This document shows, piece by piece, positions 1 to 12,209 of a stretch of 64,000 nt of DNA. Both the position numbers and the translations under genes were made by a program. The notes beneath the pieces were generated by a model. That model was given only the letters and a program-made list of their open reading frames with translations. It had not been told where the DNA came from and searched no databases. Within the stretch, counting starts at the first letter, position 1; each line of letters begins with the position of its first letter. Source of the DNA: Carcharhinus amblyrhynchos (lineage: Eukaryota); the NCBI GenBank assembly GCA_965287045.1, contig OZ336876.1:38812001-38876000 (forward strand), given 5' to 3'.

Positions 1-759
1 TATGGCTAACGCACTAAATGAGAAGAGGGGCATCAGTCTACATGTGGACTCCACAATGTATTTTTTCTTTGTTTGCTCTTGAGCCCAACTTCCTACATTA
101 ATATTTGTTATTGTATACTTTCTTTTGACCCTCCAGTTTCTCTCCAGCCTTCATTAATTCCAAAGTTGGGTGTCAACCTTCCCTTGGCTTCCTGTGTGAT
201 TTTGGTCTTGCTCCTCCACCTCCTAGCTGTTTCCTTGCAGCTTTTCCTGCAGCCTTCCCTGCTCCACAAAAAATGCTTTTTTTAGTTCTCCCAGGCTCAA
301 AGTCCCATTCCTGCCCCTTTCTCCGACTTATCCTTTTCTGGTATATGTCAGCCTCTGCCATTTTTCTTTGCCACATTAAGTTCCTCTCCATTTAAACAGT
401 GTGAACGCTGCAGGAATTCTCCTCATTCTTCAATGACATTTCACCTTTTTTATTAGGATGCAATAAGGTGCACTTAGTTCTCCCGAGAGGAGAAAGAGCT
501 TCAGAGTGAGACAGAGATTAGTACATGTAGACAAAAATAAGTAACTCAAGACATAAACAAGTTGGGGACAGAGAGCGAAATTGGGCAGCAGAGGGAAATT
601 AGAGAAGTGTATAAGACAGAATCAAAGAATCATAAATGTACATAGTAGAGGGGAAGACTATTATGTATATCTGTGATGACACTTTGTAAAGCATAAAAAG
701 TCCCTCCTATTCATTAGTTTTAAATAGTTATCCACTTTTTAAAATTTCCCATGGTTTTT

Positions 760-1150
760 ATATCCACAATGCTAGGAACAGTAGGACTGGATAATTCGTG
801 TCTGGAGAAATGGAGAAAATAGGCAGCGGAGTTCAGATTTCTGGGGCATTCGAACCAGTTCTGGGCAGGAGAAACCTGGACAAGAGACAGTGAGTCACAA
901 CTCTACAGGATCTTGATGAATGTACCAACAGGGAGTTTAACTAATGTTATGAAGGAGAGTTTAGGCAAGTTTGGCAAAGGGTGGGGCACCAGGGTGAAGT
1001 ACTGGTGGGGAGGTCCAGAGAACTTGGAGCAACAAATAGCAATAAAATTTTAAAGGAGGGTTGCAGAAACCGTGGGTGTATATAACAAGTCTTCAGTGGT
1101 GACGGGATAAGTTTGGAAGGCACTTAGTCCTTGCCTTTAAATAATAGAGT
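760..1150 (+). mobile_element. Highly degraded CR1 LINE fragments (ORF1 esterase end plus ORF2 scraps)
   Basis: gagttcagatttctggggcattcgaaccagttctgggc resembles the CR1 ORF1 C-terminal GFRFLGHW motif; compare GFHFMGHWHQYW at ~35756. Confidence 0.55.
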
Positions 1151-1399
1151 ACTGCGCCTCTATTTTAAGTTCTTGGAGTGCTGGGGCTGGTGGGGAGGTG
1201 GTTGGAATGCCGGGGAGGGGATAGGTAAAAAGAAAGCAGCACCTCTCACCTTTTTAACCCAAACAATGCATTGCTAAAATATTTCCTGGTTTCCTGACCA
1301 ATAATCCTGAACAGGCATGAGTCACTTAATTCTACTATTTAAAGGGATATTCCAAACATGAAATTTGATGGATTCCAAGGTTAGGAACAGCACAAATTG

Positions 1400-1625
1400 A
1401 CTGAACAGAATACCAAAGGCATCCAAAGGCTAGTTTTGTTTTAATGACGCCTCCTCGGATATAGTGCTGGGACTGCGGGGGCAAACAGCAAGGAAGAAGC
1501 CCACCAGAGAAACAAAGGTGTGACTGGAGGTTTCCTGTGAGGTCAGCAGCAAGAGTGTTCTGCCTCTCTTATAGAGTCAGAGCGGTTTATGATTTAAGTA
1601 GAGCAGGAAAATTGAAAGCAATGGC
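1400..1625 (+). pseudogene. PIF/Harbinger Myb/SANT-like DNA-binding ORF relic
   Basis: Frameshifted translation FNDASSDIVL...RKKPTRETKV*LEVSCEVSSKSV...RFYDLSRAGK resembles the Harbinger Myb/SANT pattern RFSD..L..LL...W.EVA..V.....KRFNDL. Confidence 0.55.
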
Positions 1626-3149
1626 AGCTTCACTTGCATCCTGATTGTGCCAGGCCAAGCCTCTTACACTTCCTCCTTAAGCCTATTCCAGCACATTGCC
1701 ACTCACACCAACTAACCTTACAGCTACACCTTTTCCTCTCTGCCTGTGTACTTCCTCACATCTGCCCTGACACATGTCTTCATTTTTATACAATACCTTG
1801 CCTCTTCCTCATTGTGATCCTTAACACCTCCTCTCCAACCATCTGCTCAACACATCCCATTACTCTCACTCCAGGTCTCAGAGTTTTCCTATCCAGATAA
1901 GTAATTCAAGTCAAGAAATGTTCTGCTTTGTCCCACCTGCCTTTGTGTAAAGGCCCTGATTGCCATGATCTCCCCCTCCCCCTTACCACCGGGCTGGCAT
2001 GTGCAGGATAGAATTGGGCCCATCGCAAGCAGAACATAAATGGCAGAGTGCTGAGATAGCCTGGTTAAAAGCCTGCCCTGGTTCTGTGGGCTTCATCCCA
2101 GCTGCATTGTGAATCTGACACCCTCTAGCCCTCACCCCTCTCTCTCCATGCCAGCAGTGCTAAACCATGCCAACCGCTGCCCTGATCTATTGTAATCTTC
2201 ATGCCAACATAAGGATCTTTCACCCCCCCTTCATCCAGTGAACAAAACCAATGAGCCATACAATAACAAGGGCATGTGTGGGACTGTTCAGAAAATAAAA
2301 TACTCCTTCACAAATGTTTTTTTTAAACGCTGAAGTTACTACAATCTTCTATTGGCATCAGTCAGAAAGACCATTAAAGTAACAATGACAGAACTTTCAA
2401 ATACTTCACACCACTTAATTTTGTGCGTATAAACATTGAGACATTGGCAAAGGCAAATGAGATCACACGCAGGACTATTTTTATGACCACTGTCAATCAG
2501 AATGAGGTATTGCCGAGCTAAATCCGGACAGGATTGTGCTCAGCCCCAGCTGAGTAACTCCTATTGATCCACTGCCTGCGTTCTGCTTCACCCAAAGAAA
2601 AGCTTAATTTCTGATTCCTAGGTTTTGAATGCAATTAATTTTCAATCAATCAAGCAAAGGCAAAGTTCTCTCCAGCTGTCCAAAGAGAACCCTACTGAGA
2701 TAATTGTGTTGAGAGTCTGGGTTCTCAGCCAAGCCCCATTGTAAACGTCCTTGGTTAATGTCACATTGCAGCAGCATGTAGATGAGAAGTAGGAGGGGGC
2801 CATGGATCGATCCATAGGTAATAGTGACAGGGTGGGAATTGAATCTTATCCTTCATTTGGAATTGTTTCTCTTTCTTAGTGACTGTAAATTAGCATTGTC
2901 TCCACTCCCCAGCAGTACACATTATCCTTATTTTTCCCTTCTTGTGTACATCACTCAAGCTCAGATTAAAACGCTCGCTTCACTTGTTCAGCCTTGTTAA
3001 TTGAAATTTGATTTTTTTTTAGGTTAGGGCAGTTTTGATATTGCCAATTCTGTTAAACTGACTTTCAGATTTCAAATTGCCTTTATCAGCAATGGAACTG
3101 ACTACCCCAGAGAGCTTCCTTCAATTTTTATGCTATTAGATCCTCCATA

Positions 3150-3900
3150 GATATTTTCACAATTTCAGTAACATCAACCACTCAGGATACTACTTGGAGA
3201 GCTTTTCTTTTTATCTGTTTTAACTCATGCTGCCCTCCATCTACTTGCAAGAGAGCAAGCCCAAGGGCATAACAAAAGCATTCCCTTGTGATCTGTGTAC
3301 ACAAGCGTTTCTTCAATCTCTCTGAAAGTGCACCAAGTGCTTACTTGATAAAATGAGGCCAGATACAAATCATGAAGCTGCTCCACTTCCCAACATGAAA
3401 CCCATAAAGAGTACCAGTTGTAATCAAAATTGACTTATCCCACGCAGCTTCATTTCACTTTCTGTATATGGAGGAAATTAACCTTGCCAATACATGTTAC
3501 ATTGCTGGATTGTCTTTCTTGCATCTTCTGAATGATTTTATTTCCTGTGCAGCTATTGGCAGCATAAAACTGGGCACCCTGCATTTTCTCGTTCAATCTA
3601 AAGTGCAGCCTCCAACCATTCCCTGTGGTTTTTCCCCAGTCTCATTCAGTAAGTATGACCACACCCCAACATGGAGCATAGTATCCAACCTAACTTGGCA
3701 GTCAACCCAGCTAAGTGCAAAATAATAGAATTGTCTCAACAGGGGACAATCCGTAGAATGTTAAGATGTCTGTTCTTGTCTTCAGCATGATGGCTCAGAC
3801 ACTTCTTCTGAATTTTAATCTATATGTTGAACCATGTTGTCCCTTGTATTTAACCTCCTGAGAGACAAGGTTAGTTCAGTAGTATGAGGTTTTAATATAC
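3150..3900 (-). mobile_element. Possible very old Gypsy RT-RNase H relic
   Basis: Minus-strand fragments in the expected order: LEAA-LRLNEK-like (~3590), EAAWDKSILITT (~3440), EETLVYTDHK (~3300, RNase H YTDH motif); many disruptions. Confidence 0.35.
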
Positions 3901-4234
3901 TACAGCAACCTACTACTGTGACAACATACTGGAAATCCCAAAAGATGACCCTGTTATATAAATGCAATTTATTGTTGGTGTCCCAATTTTAGAAAATAAA
4001 TATACACCGGTCACAGTCCCAGAACTGTCGGTATTAGAATAGCAGTGACAGTAGAATTTCCAACAATTTTCCTTTTTCTCATGTGTTCAAAGAATATGCT
4101 AAGAATGCTGACACTGTCAGGGATGTAAGCAATACAGGGACTGTCGTCAGATGTAGCAAGACCATAAAAAGTACTATTGCAGCCTACTCATCAAATCTAA
4201 TCACCTTTCCACCACCTCGACTCTCGATCACAAC

Positions 4235-4480
4235 ATCCAAAAACAGCATCAGTTCCCATGTGAACACTGACGACACCACTCTCTACCTCCCCACCACCTT
4301 CCCACACTGTCTCCAACTTGTCAGATTGCTTGTCTGACATCCAGTGCTGGATAAGCAGAAACTTTCTCCATTTAAATCTTGGGAAGGCCAATGTTGTTGC
4401 CAACACAAACTTAATTCCCTAACTACTGCCTCCAACCGTCACCTTGGTATCTAAGCTGAACCGGACTCTCTGCAAATTTT
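4235..4480 (+). mobile_element. L2 LINE reverse transcriptase fragment
   Basis: ISSHVNTDDTTLYL then LSDCLSDIQCWISRNFLHLNLGKA resembles L2 RT FHxYADDTQLYL...CLSDIxxWMxxNFLxLNxxKT. Confidence 0.75.
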
Positions 4481-4484
4481 GCAC

Positions 4485-7400
4485 GGCCCATGATTTGGCT
4501 ATGGTGGCACAGTTGAAGATCAAGAGCACGCAGAGGCAGGGATGTTCCAGGAAGCCTGCATGCGGGGAGATACTGGAAGCCAGGACTGTTAGGTTCTTGG
4601 CCGATGTGTCCCTAGGTCCAGTCATTCCAGATGGAATTATGGAACTGCAAAGGCAGAGACGTGAGCATTAGGAAGGGATGACAGCAGCCCTCCTCAGTCT
4701 GTAAGGCCAACTGGAGAAGTCCCATCATCATCTATTCGAGGATATGGTGCCATGACTCCAGCGCAACCAGGCAAACACTGCAAGGGTGGCATCCGTGATG
4801 GAGACTTTGCGCAGGACGTGCACACTATGGCTGATGTCTGCACCATGATTCAGCTCATGAACTTCATGTCTGAGTCTATGAGCCACATGGTGCAGGCGCT
4901 AGTGGAAATTCACAAATGCCTGTGCCAGAGGACAGGGGGTTTCTGGACTGACTCCTGCTGTCCCTCTATCTCAAGGAGGAGGAACACTAGAACTACAAGG
5001 CATCTGAGGGATGAGGATCATCTGGGACACAACACTGGGCCTTCCAGGAGACTCATCTGACTCCTTGTTTCCCCCCTCCCTGCCCAAATTCCCTGTGAAC
5101 AACACACTTCCGGTTCCACGCGCCGAGGAAGGCAACCCTGTAAGGTCCAGACCCACTAGGGTACGCCCACCCGAGTTTATCTCTGGCAACAGGGTTTGGA
5201 AGTCAGCAGGCCTCTCTAACCTCAGCTGTGGGTCCTGGGGATGCACGGGTTGTGCAAGGGTAAGGAGGGATAGGAAGTTATAGGCATGGGTGAAAGTAGG
5301 CATAAGTGTAGAAAGTTCACCTCCGTATATAGTTATAGAATAAATATTGACTCACAGAGCCTCCATTGTGTCATCTGTGGTTGAAAACCATGCTTCATCC
5401 CTGATGAGTGTGAAAATGGCTGTGCTGTCTCTCCTGCACTGAAGAACCAAAGACGCTTAGCTGCAAGCAACTCCTCCCCAACCCCGGGAACCTTTTCCAC
5501 ATGCCTGTTCATTGAATGGACATCCCTTCAGCTGAATGCCTCCCGTATCCCATTTTCAAGATGAGAGAATTTCAATGGAGCAAAATTGCACATGTGCGCC
5601 AGAGGCCAAGGGGCCGTTGAAATGCTGAGAGCCTGCCCACCTCGGGTGAAAACTGAAGAGCCTAGCACTTACCCCAAAGGGGCCTACAGTTCCTGATGCT
5701 CATAAACAGCTCATGAAGCACACCATGTGCCCGTTCATACAGCTCCCTAGTCAGACAGGAGACAGACATATCGCTGAGGATGAGAGGAGGGTTGCTGTGT
5801 CCTCACAGCAATTCATCATCATTCTCCTGCAGTGTCAGGCCAATTGCTTCGGTCCCTTGCCCATCTCCTCCTGTTCCAGGTAGTCTCCCCTCCTATGCAC
5901 TGAGTTATGGAGTGCAACAGACTACAATAATGCAGTAAAGTCGCTGGGGCTGTATTGTAGAGCACCTCCTGGCCAGTCCAGGCAGCAGAACCACATCTTC
6001 AGCAGTGCAATGGCCTTCTCCACCAGCACGTCCGTTGCAGCATGAACCTCATTGTCACTGCTGGTGTTTGTAGCATCCACACTGGTGCCATCGGCCACTC
6101 TGAGTGGGTGCCCCTTGTCCTTGAGGAACCACCCCTCCAGCCAGCACTTTCCCTGAAAGATCGCTGTTATATGCGAATAACCCAAAAATTGACTGCATGA
6201 CACACATTATGTTATTGCAGAAGAGTTATGCATTGAGAAAGTGGAACCCCTTGCAGTTCATAAATGGGACTAATTGCTGGCATGCTGACTTAAGGACATA
6301 AAGTGCAGTCAATGATACCTTGCACCTATGGCATCCTTGCTATGAGGGCAAAGCCTATGACCCTGGCTTCCTGGTTCACCTGATCCTGTTCTAAGTTAAT
6401 AATCATTTCTGCCCTTGCACATAGGGCATCTGTGGCCTCCCAGATACATTTGTAAGTGGCAGACTGGGAGGTGCCACAGATGTTCCCTGTGTTGCCTTGG
6501 AAAGAGCCGCTGTTGGAAAAGTTTAGTGCGGATGTGAGATTAAGGGCCACAGGCACTGGGTGCTCTCCAGTTCCATGGAGTGTCAACTCATGCAGTACAT
6601 GGAGAGGTGGTCCATCATCCCCCAGAGCAGACGCAGCCTTCTCCAGCACTGAGGCTCAGACATCTGAAGATATGAGCACCTTTGCTGGAGGATTCTAGGC
6701 CAGTACAATATCCAAGGTTGATTCTGTTCTCTTACTCCCTGGACAGTTACAAGCCTCTGGTCCTGGCCACATGCAGCAGCACATCATTGTCTCTGCTGCT
6801 AGTCAATTACAATTAGTAGAAAGGTCAATTCCACAAGCTCCATGATTTTCCTGAATCATGCACTGAAAGAGGGTGCGCACCACAGTGAGCGCTGGGGAGT
6901 CCGACAACAGCCCTACCCTCATCTCTCCATGCCTCTGTGACTTCTACCCAAGTGCTTCCTATTCACTGAGTGAATATCTGCTCTCCCTCTCAACATCCAC
7001 TCCGACACAGCAGCCACATCCCCACATTATTTCCCCAGTAAACCACCTGGGTGCATTTTGCTGACCCTCCATTTTTTGCATGACATCTGACCTTTCCACT
7101 CATCCCCCACCCACTCCCCCAACCATATGGCGAGAGTGGCCCTGAGCTGCACTTCTGTGTCCCCAGCGTTCTCCCTGGTGCCCCCTGAGTGTTGGACAGG
7201 CTGAGAAGAAATGGCTTCTCACCTCCGATATCCTCTTGGAAGTGAAGGTGCCAGGTTCATGGTTATGTAGAGCTGCTGCTCATGAATAAATGTTATACAT
7301 TTGATGTGGGGTCAAATCTGGAGTGAGTGCTCCACAATGAGATACCAATGTATTAAAATTAGATTCCTGGCAGCATGTTTCACATCACTCCGCCGGAGGG

Positions 7401-7512
7401 CCTGCTGTAAAATTGCAAATCGCTGACGGCAATCGCGTTTTTTGAAAATGCTCTGGATTTTGAGCGCTCTTCCATTTTCGCGCATGAGGAGACTGGGCTC
7501 AATATTCCACCC
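4485..7512. mobile_element. Decayed PIF/Harbinger DNA transposon (transposase on -, probable second-ORF remnant on +, TIR-like end near 7512)
   Basis: HARBI1-like transposase relic at 5760-6720; convergent plus-strand GC-richer segment 4490-5340 ending near AATAAA; end ...aatattccaccc resembles other putative TIR ends in this window (10611). Confidence 0.65.
5760..6720 (-). pseudogene. Harbinger (HARBI1-like) DDE transposase pseudogene
   Basis: QQRCSYLQMSEPQCWRRLRL; HPVPVALNLTSALNFSNSGSFQG..CGTSQS; P*VQGIIDCT; GWFLKDKGHPLR; NEVHAAT.VLVEKAIALLKMWFCCLD.PGGALQYSP; frameshifts and stops. Confidence 0.9.
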
Positions 7513-8124
7513 TGATTTCTCGACTATTTTATGATCTTCTTATTACTTGAAGTATAAAGCATATATTTTGACGGTAGAAGGAAAGAGATTATTTTTACAA
7601 ATGCTTTACAAGATATTAATCACATTTGGCGAATGATTTAGTCCAACGCTAGTACAGTACTAATGAATTGGGTAGGAACTAACAATGCATCAAAATGTGT
7701 ACCTGCAATTAATCTGTCCTGGAGCAATCTAGCCCAGTGCTAACTTCCAAATTTCAATTTTGGAAGTGGCTTCCTCTCTTGACACTCTTGGTTAATTTAT
7801 TGATGAAAAGAAAATCAGAATGTATGTGATTTGTCATTATGACTCACACGTATCTGTTTAATGTACATATCTCTGTGTGTATTTTTACATTAGAGAGCTC
7901 AAAAATATTGGTAACATTATGAAGGGGGTCCTATTCAGTAATAAGGAAGGTGATATGCTGAGGTCCATCTCGAAGGGTCATCAAGAGGATCAAGGTTGTT
8001 GGCTGATGTGTGACGTACATTGCCTGTGCAAAGGGGTATCTCACCCTGGCTATCCAAAGGAATACAGCAAGATCAAACCTGCTCTTAATGGGTTTATTTT
8101 GCTTATTTCAGGTTCCAAAATCTG

Positions 8125-9041
8125 ACTAGAATGGAGATAGCAGGTGATTTGAATGGCCAGCTGCCTCTATAAAACATGCCTGCTTAACATGCCCTGCCTC
8201 CTATTCCACTGGAACCCCCTCCCCTTCCCAACCCCTCAAACAAAATGGGAAGTGCCATGTTCAGGAGCAAGACTCAGGACTTGGGAGTTGCGTGCCACTA
8301 CTGGGGGAGGGGCACCCCAATCTCAGAATATATTGAGACATCCCTCCCTCCACCCAAGGACATCAGGATCCCATTCCTCTTCGGCTGTATGTAGACCCCT
8401 CCACCCCCCAGCAAAACCACCGTCATGATCCACCCTTTCACAGTCATGTATCAGAGCCCCTACACAGCCCCCATTCAGGCTCTATCCCTTTGACACACTG
8501 GAGGTGCCCAATTGTTACCACTAGGCTGTCCAGTAGTCACTGTCAGGCAATGCCAGTGTGTCCTTTGGGCACCAGTGTGCCAGGTGGGCACTACTCTAAA
8601 CACCATCCAGCCACGTCCCCAACCACCCAGGACTTCAGTGGCTTCCAAACCACCTGGTGTGACCAATGTATCAAGCCTTTGCTAGTGGAGACCTGCAGTG
8701 ATTCTCACTGTTATTGTGCTGCACCTGAAGGTCAGTGAATTCTGTGCGCTGGGACTGAAACAGGCTCTGCGTAATTAATTGCTACTTTAGCTATATTAAT
8801 TGGACTCTCGCCCTTTCTGGACATGATCTGGTTCGAGCCATTAGGAAGAGATCGGGACAATTGCAGCCTTTTTGGTGCTGGGTGCGAAATGGATTTTTAG
8901 GTCCGCACGCTATTCTCCAGGACCCTCCAGTGCGATCTAACAGCACTGCAGGGTTGGAGAATTTCCTGATTAGGTTTCCAGGATGCATGGCTGTTTTTTG
9001 CTGTGAAAGAGAAGCTTTCTGTCATGGCAAAAATCTGGGCC
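8125..9041. mobile_element. Non-coding, probably Harbinger-derived non-autonomous element
   Basis: C-rich non-coding interior ending aaaatctgggccc, similar to putative TIR ends elsewhere in the window. Confidence 0.4.
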
Positions 9042-9444
9042 CATTTGGGTCTTCGCTAATCCTGCCTCTTTCCCCAGTAGATTCTTTAAATTGCTTTCCC
9101 GCTCAGGCTACAGGTCGAATTGTCATTGGAATCCGATCTACATATTGAGAGAAGGATCCCACTGATCTCCCGTCTGAATCCTTCCTGCCTGCTCACAGAG
9201 CAGGTTAGAATTGACTGTGATAAGGGAATAAGACATCAGCAGGTGTTAAGTCACCAGAATGCTTTTAGTGGCCTCTCCATTCATTTTCTGTCAGAAGCCC
9301 AGGATTAGAACTGTATTGTATTTCTAAAAATACTTTACTGTTCAAATGAGCGTTATTTTTATCAGCAGTGATTGCTAGCACCAACATCAGGTGCCAGAAA
9401 ACTGCAGCAATATAAAGTAATTACTAACCATGGTCTTATGTGTC

Positions 9445-10803
9445 CAAACCCGAGCAGCCTACTAGAACAGGTCAAAGGCTGGGAATACTGCAGTGAGTAA
9501 CTCGCCTCCTGACCCCTTCAAAACCATCTACAAAACACAAGTCAGGAGTGGGACGGAATACTCCCCACTTTCCAGGGTGAGTGCAGCTCCAACAATGCTC
9601 AAAAAGCTCAATACCATCCAGGATAAAGCAATCTGCTTTATTGTTGCCCCTTCCACAAATATTCAATTTCTCCACCATTGATGAATTGTGGCAGCATTGT
9701 ATACCATCTATAAGATGCACTGCAGGAACTGACCAAGGTTCCTTAGGCAGCATATTCCAAACCCAGAACCACTACCATCTAGAAGGACAAGAGCAGTAGA
9801 TGTCTGGGAACACCACCGCTTGGAGTTCCTCTCCAATTCACTCACCATCCTGACTTGGAATTATACTTGGGAGGGGGGGAGTTGGGGGGGGTTGGTATGT
9901 ATTTCCAGCATCGTCAGGTGCAGAACTGAATAAGTTATTTAAATTGGGATTTGCATTCCATTAGTGGGCCCAGGACTGAAGTCTCCAGGACTGCGAGCCA
10001 TCCCCCAGTCTGCCAGGAGTGTTTCACTCCAGCGAGGTGCTAGCAAATCACTAGTGAGAAGTCAGCTGCCCAACCCCACTGGGGCATAGAGGCCCTCCTG
10101 GAGTTTTGGGGTAGGGGGAAGGTGCCCCTTGAGTATTGTCAGCTTGTCCCCCGGCACTGCCCAAGGGACAAAGTGGCAATGCTCTGGGGGCACATTGTCA
10201 CTTCTCAAAGGGATGGAGCTAGAGGGGTGGGGCGTAATGGGAGGGGGTCGGGGCTGGCCTGGACAAGCCCAGGAGGCCATCGATCAGGAGTGGAGGGGTC
10301 AGAGGGGCAGCATTGCAGGGTCATGGGGCTGGCCAGAGATCGGGAAGCCCACAGTGCAGGGTTACGGCACACGCGCCAATCTCAGCGCTGGCAAATTGGC
10401 ACATGCGCAGTGGCTCACCCAGTATTATGCTGCCGGCCTCAAATGTGAATAGGCTGCACCCTCTGATCTTTCAGCATGATTCACGGTAGGGCTCTCTGTG
10501 GTACACACACAGTGCGGGAGATTCATATTGAAAATCCTGTTGTTAAAGGCAATGGGATTTATCGCAGTTTTTATTCAGCATTTGGAATTTTTTTTTAGGA
10601 GAATTCCACCCGAAACTGTTCCTTAAATGGATCAAAATCCTAGAACTCCCTCCCAAAAGCACTGTGGAGCTACCTACACCTCCGGGACTGCAGTGGTTTG
10701 AGGAGGCAGCTCACCACCATATTCTCAAGGGCAATTAGTGATGGGCAATAAATGCTGGCCTAGCTTGTAACACCCACATCCCATAAAAAGAAATAAAAAA
10801 AAA
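9445..10803 (+). mobile_element. CR1/L2-group LINE 3' fragment split by an inserted element
   Basis: RT C-terminus TIYKTQVRSGTEYSPL...KLNTIQDKA (9493-9681); 3' end caagggcaattagtgatgggcaataaatgctggcc plus A-rich tail resumes at ~10612. Confidence 0.8.
9868..10611. mobile_element. GC-rich non-autonomous (MITE-like) element nested in a LINE
   Basis: Interrupts LINE sequence; ends ggagaattccaccc like 7512; no coding similarity. Confidence 0.5.
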
Positions 10804-11539
10804 GATTCAGTGTTGACTTTGGAAGAGATTTGTGCCTTTATATAAAAATTTTTCAGCAGATGCTAGGATTATATTTAATACTTTCCAGTTGATGACATGT
10901 CATCTTGTCTGCCAAGTACCAAGAAGGAGAAAAGTGAAGCGAATATGAGCTTTATAGCTGGATAACAGTTGGCAGTGCCCTGGAGAATTGGAATCGTTTT
11001 ATTGGAACAAATCTACATCTAAATTTTAATTTAAATTTGAATAATGTACCTTCAGGATGCCATCAAACTATTTTGTGTGGAAGGCGACATTTTATGTCTT
11101 ATGGCATTTTGTGACTTTTACACATGGAAAATAGATTCAGTTTAATGAAGTTTGTTCCATACATTTTTCATAATTTGAAAAGCATATTTATGAAATTGAA
11201 CCAAGCTTATTGAGAACATTCTCTTTTCAAATCCTGATCTGTTTTTAATTGCCCCTATCTGGTGGAAACCGAGTTGGAGTGAAATTGGAGGGTGGAAGGG
11301 TGGACTGTCTTGCAGCTAAAATATGCCAGTCTCTTACCCGCTCTGATTTTATTGCCTTCTTGCTTTGTCCCGACCTTAGCCTGTACTATTGTATCGGTGA
11401 ACAGGGCACCCCCAGGAAATCCATAAAGCCATACTTTGAATATGCAGAGCAAATCTAATTATGTCAACAGGATGCGATCTATAATTTTAGTTGAAGCCCT
11501 ATGTGGCTGAACAGGAATGATGATACAAAACCAAGACAG

Positions 11540-12209
11540 CATGGTGTGTAGCTTGGAGTAAAGGTGTTCCCAGTGTCTGCTGCTCCTGTTCTTCTATGAG
11601 GTATTAGTCGCAGGTTTGGAAAGTGCTTTTTAAAGGAGATTCTTGAGTTGTTGTAGTGTATCTTGTGTATGGTGCACGCAGTGTGGTAGTGCTGGGGGAA
11701 GTGGATGTTGAAGGTGGTGCCAATCAAGCGGGATGCATTGACCGCTGGGTGGTGTTGTGCTTCTTGAGTGTTGTTGGAGCTGCAGTCATCCAGGCAAGTG
11801 TTGAGCATTCCTGACTTGTACCTTATAAATGGTGGATAGACTTTTGGATGTCAGGAGGTGAGTTACTCACCGAAGAATTCACAACCTCTGTAGCTGTGAT
11901 ATATTGAGTTGATTTATTGTCACATTTATTAGTATACAGTGAAAAGTATTGTTTCTTGCTTGCTATACTGACAAAGCATACCATACATAGAGAAGGAAAG
12001 GAGAGTGCAGAATGTAATGTTACAGCCATAGCCAGGCTATAACATCAATATTATGTTAATTATTACTAATATGAGGTGGGTCCATTTAAAAGTCTGATGG
12101 CAGCTGGAAAGAAGCTGTTCTTCAGTTGGTTGGTACATGACCTATCTATATAGCTGACCCAGTTAAGTTTCTGGGCAATGGTAACCCCAGGATGTACATA
12201 GGGGGAATT
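11540..12209 (-). mobile_element. CR1/L2-group LINE fragment with Rex1 3' fragment (~11908-12145) inserted; host resumes after 14060
   Basis: Reverse complement matches the 9445-9860 family; Rex1 tail gatttattgtcacat matches 15320-15540. Confidence 0.75.
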
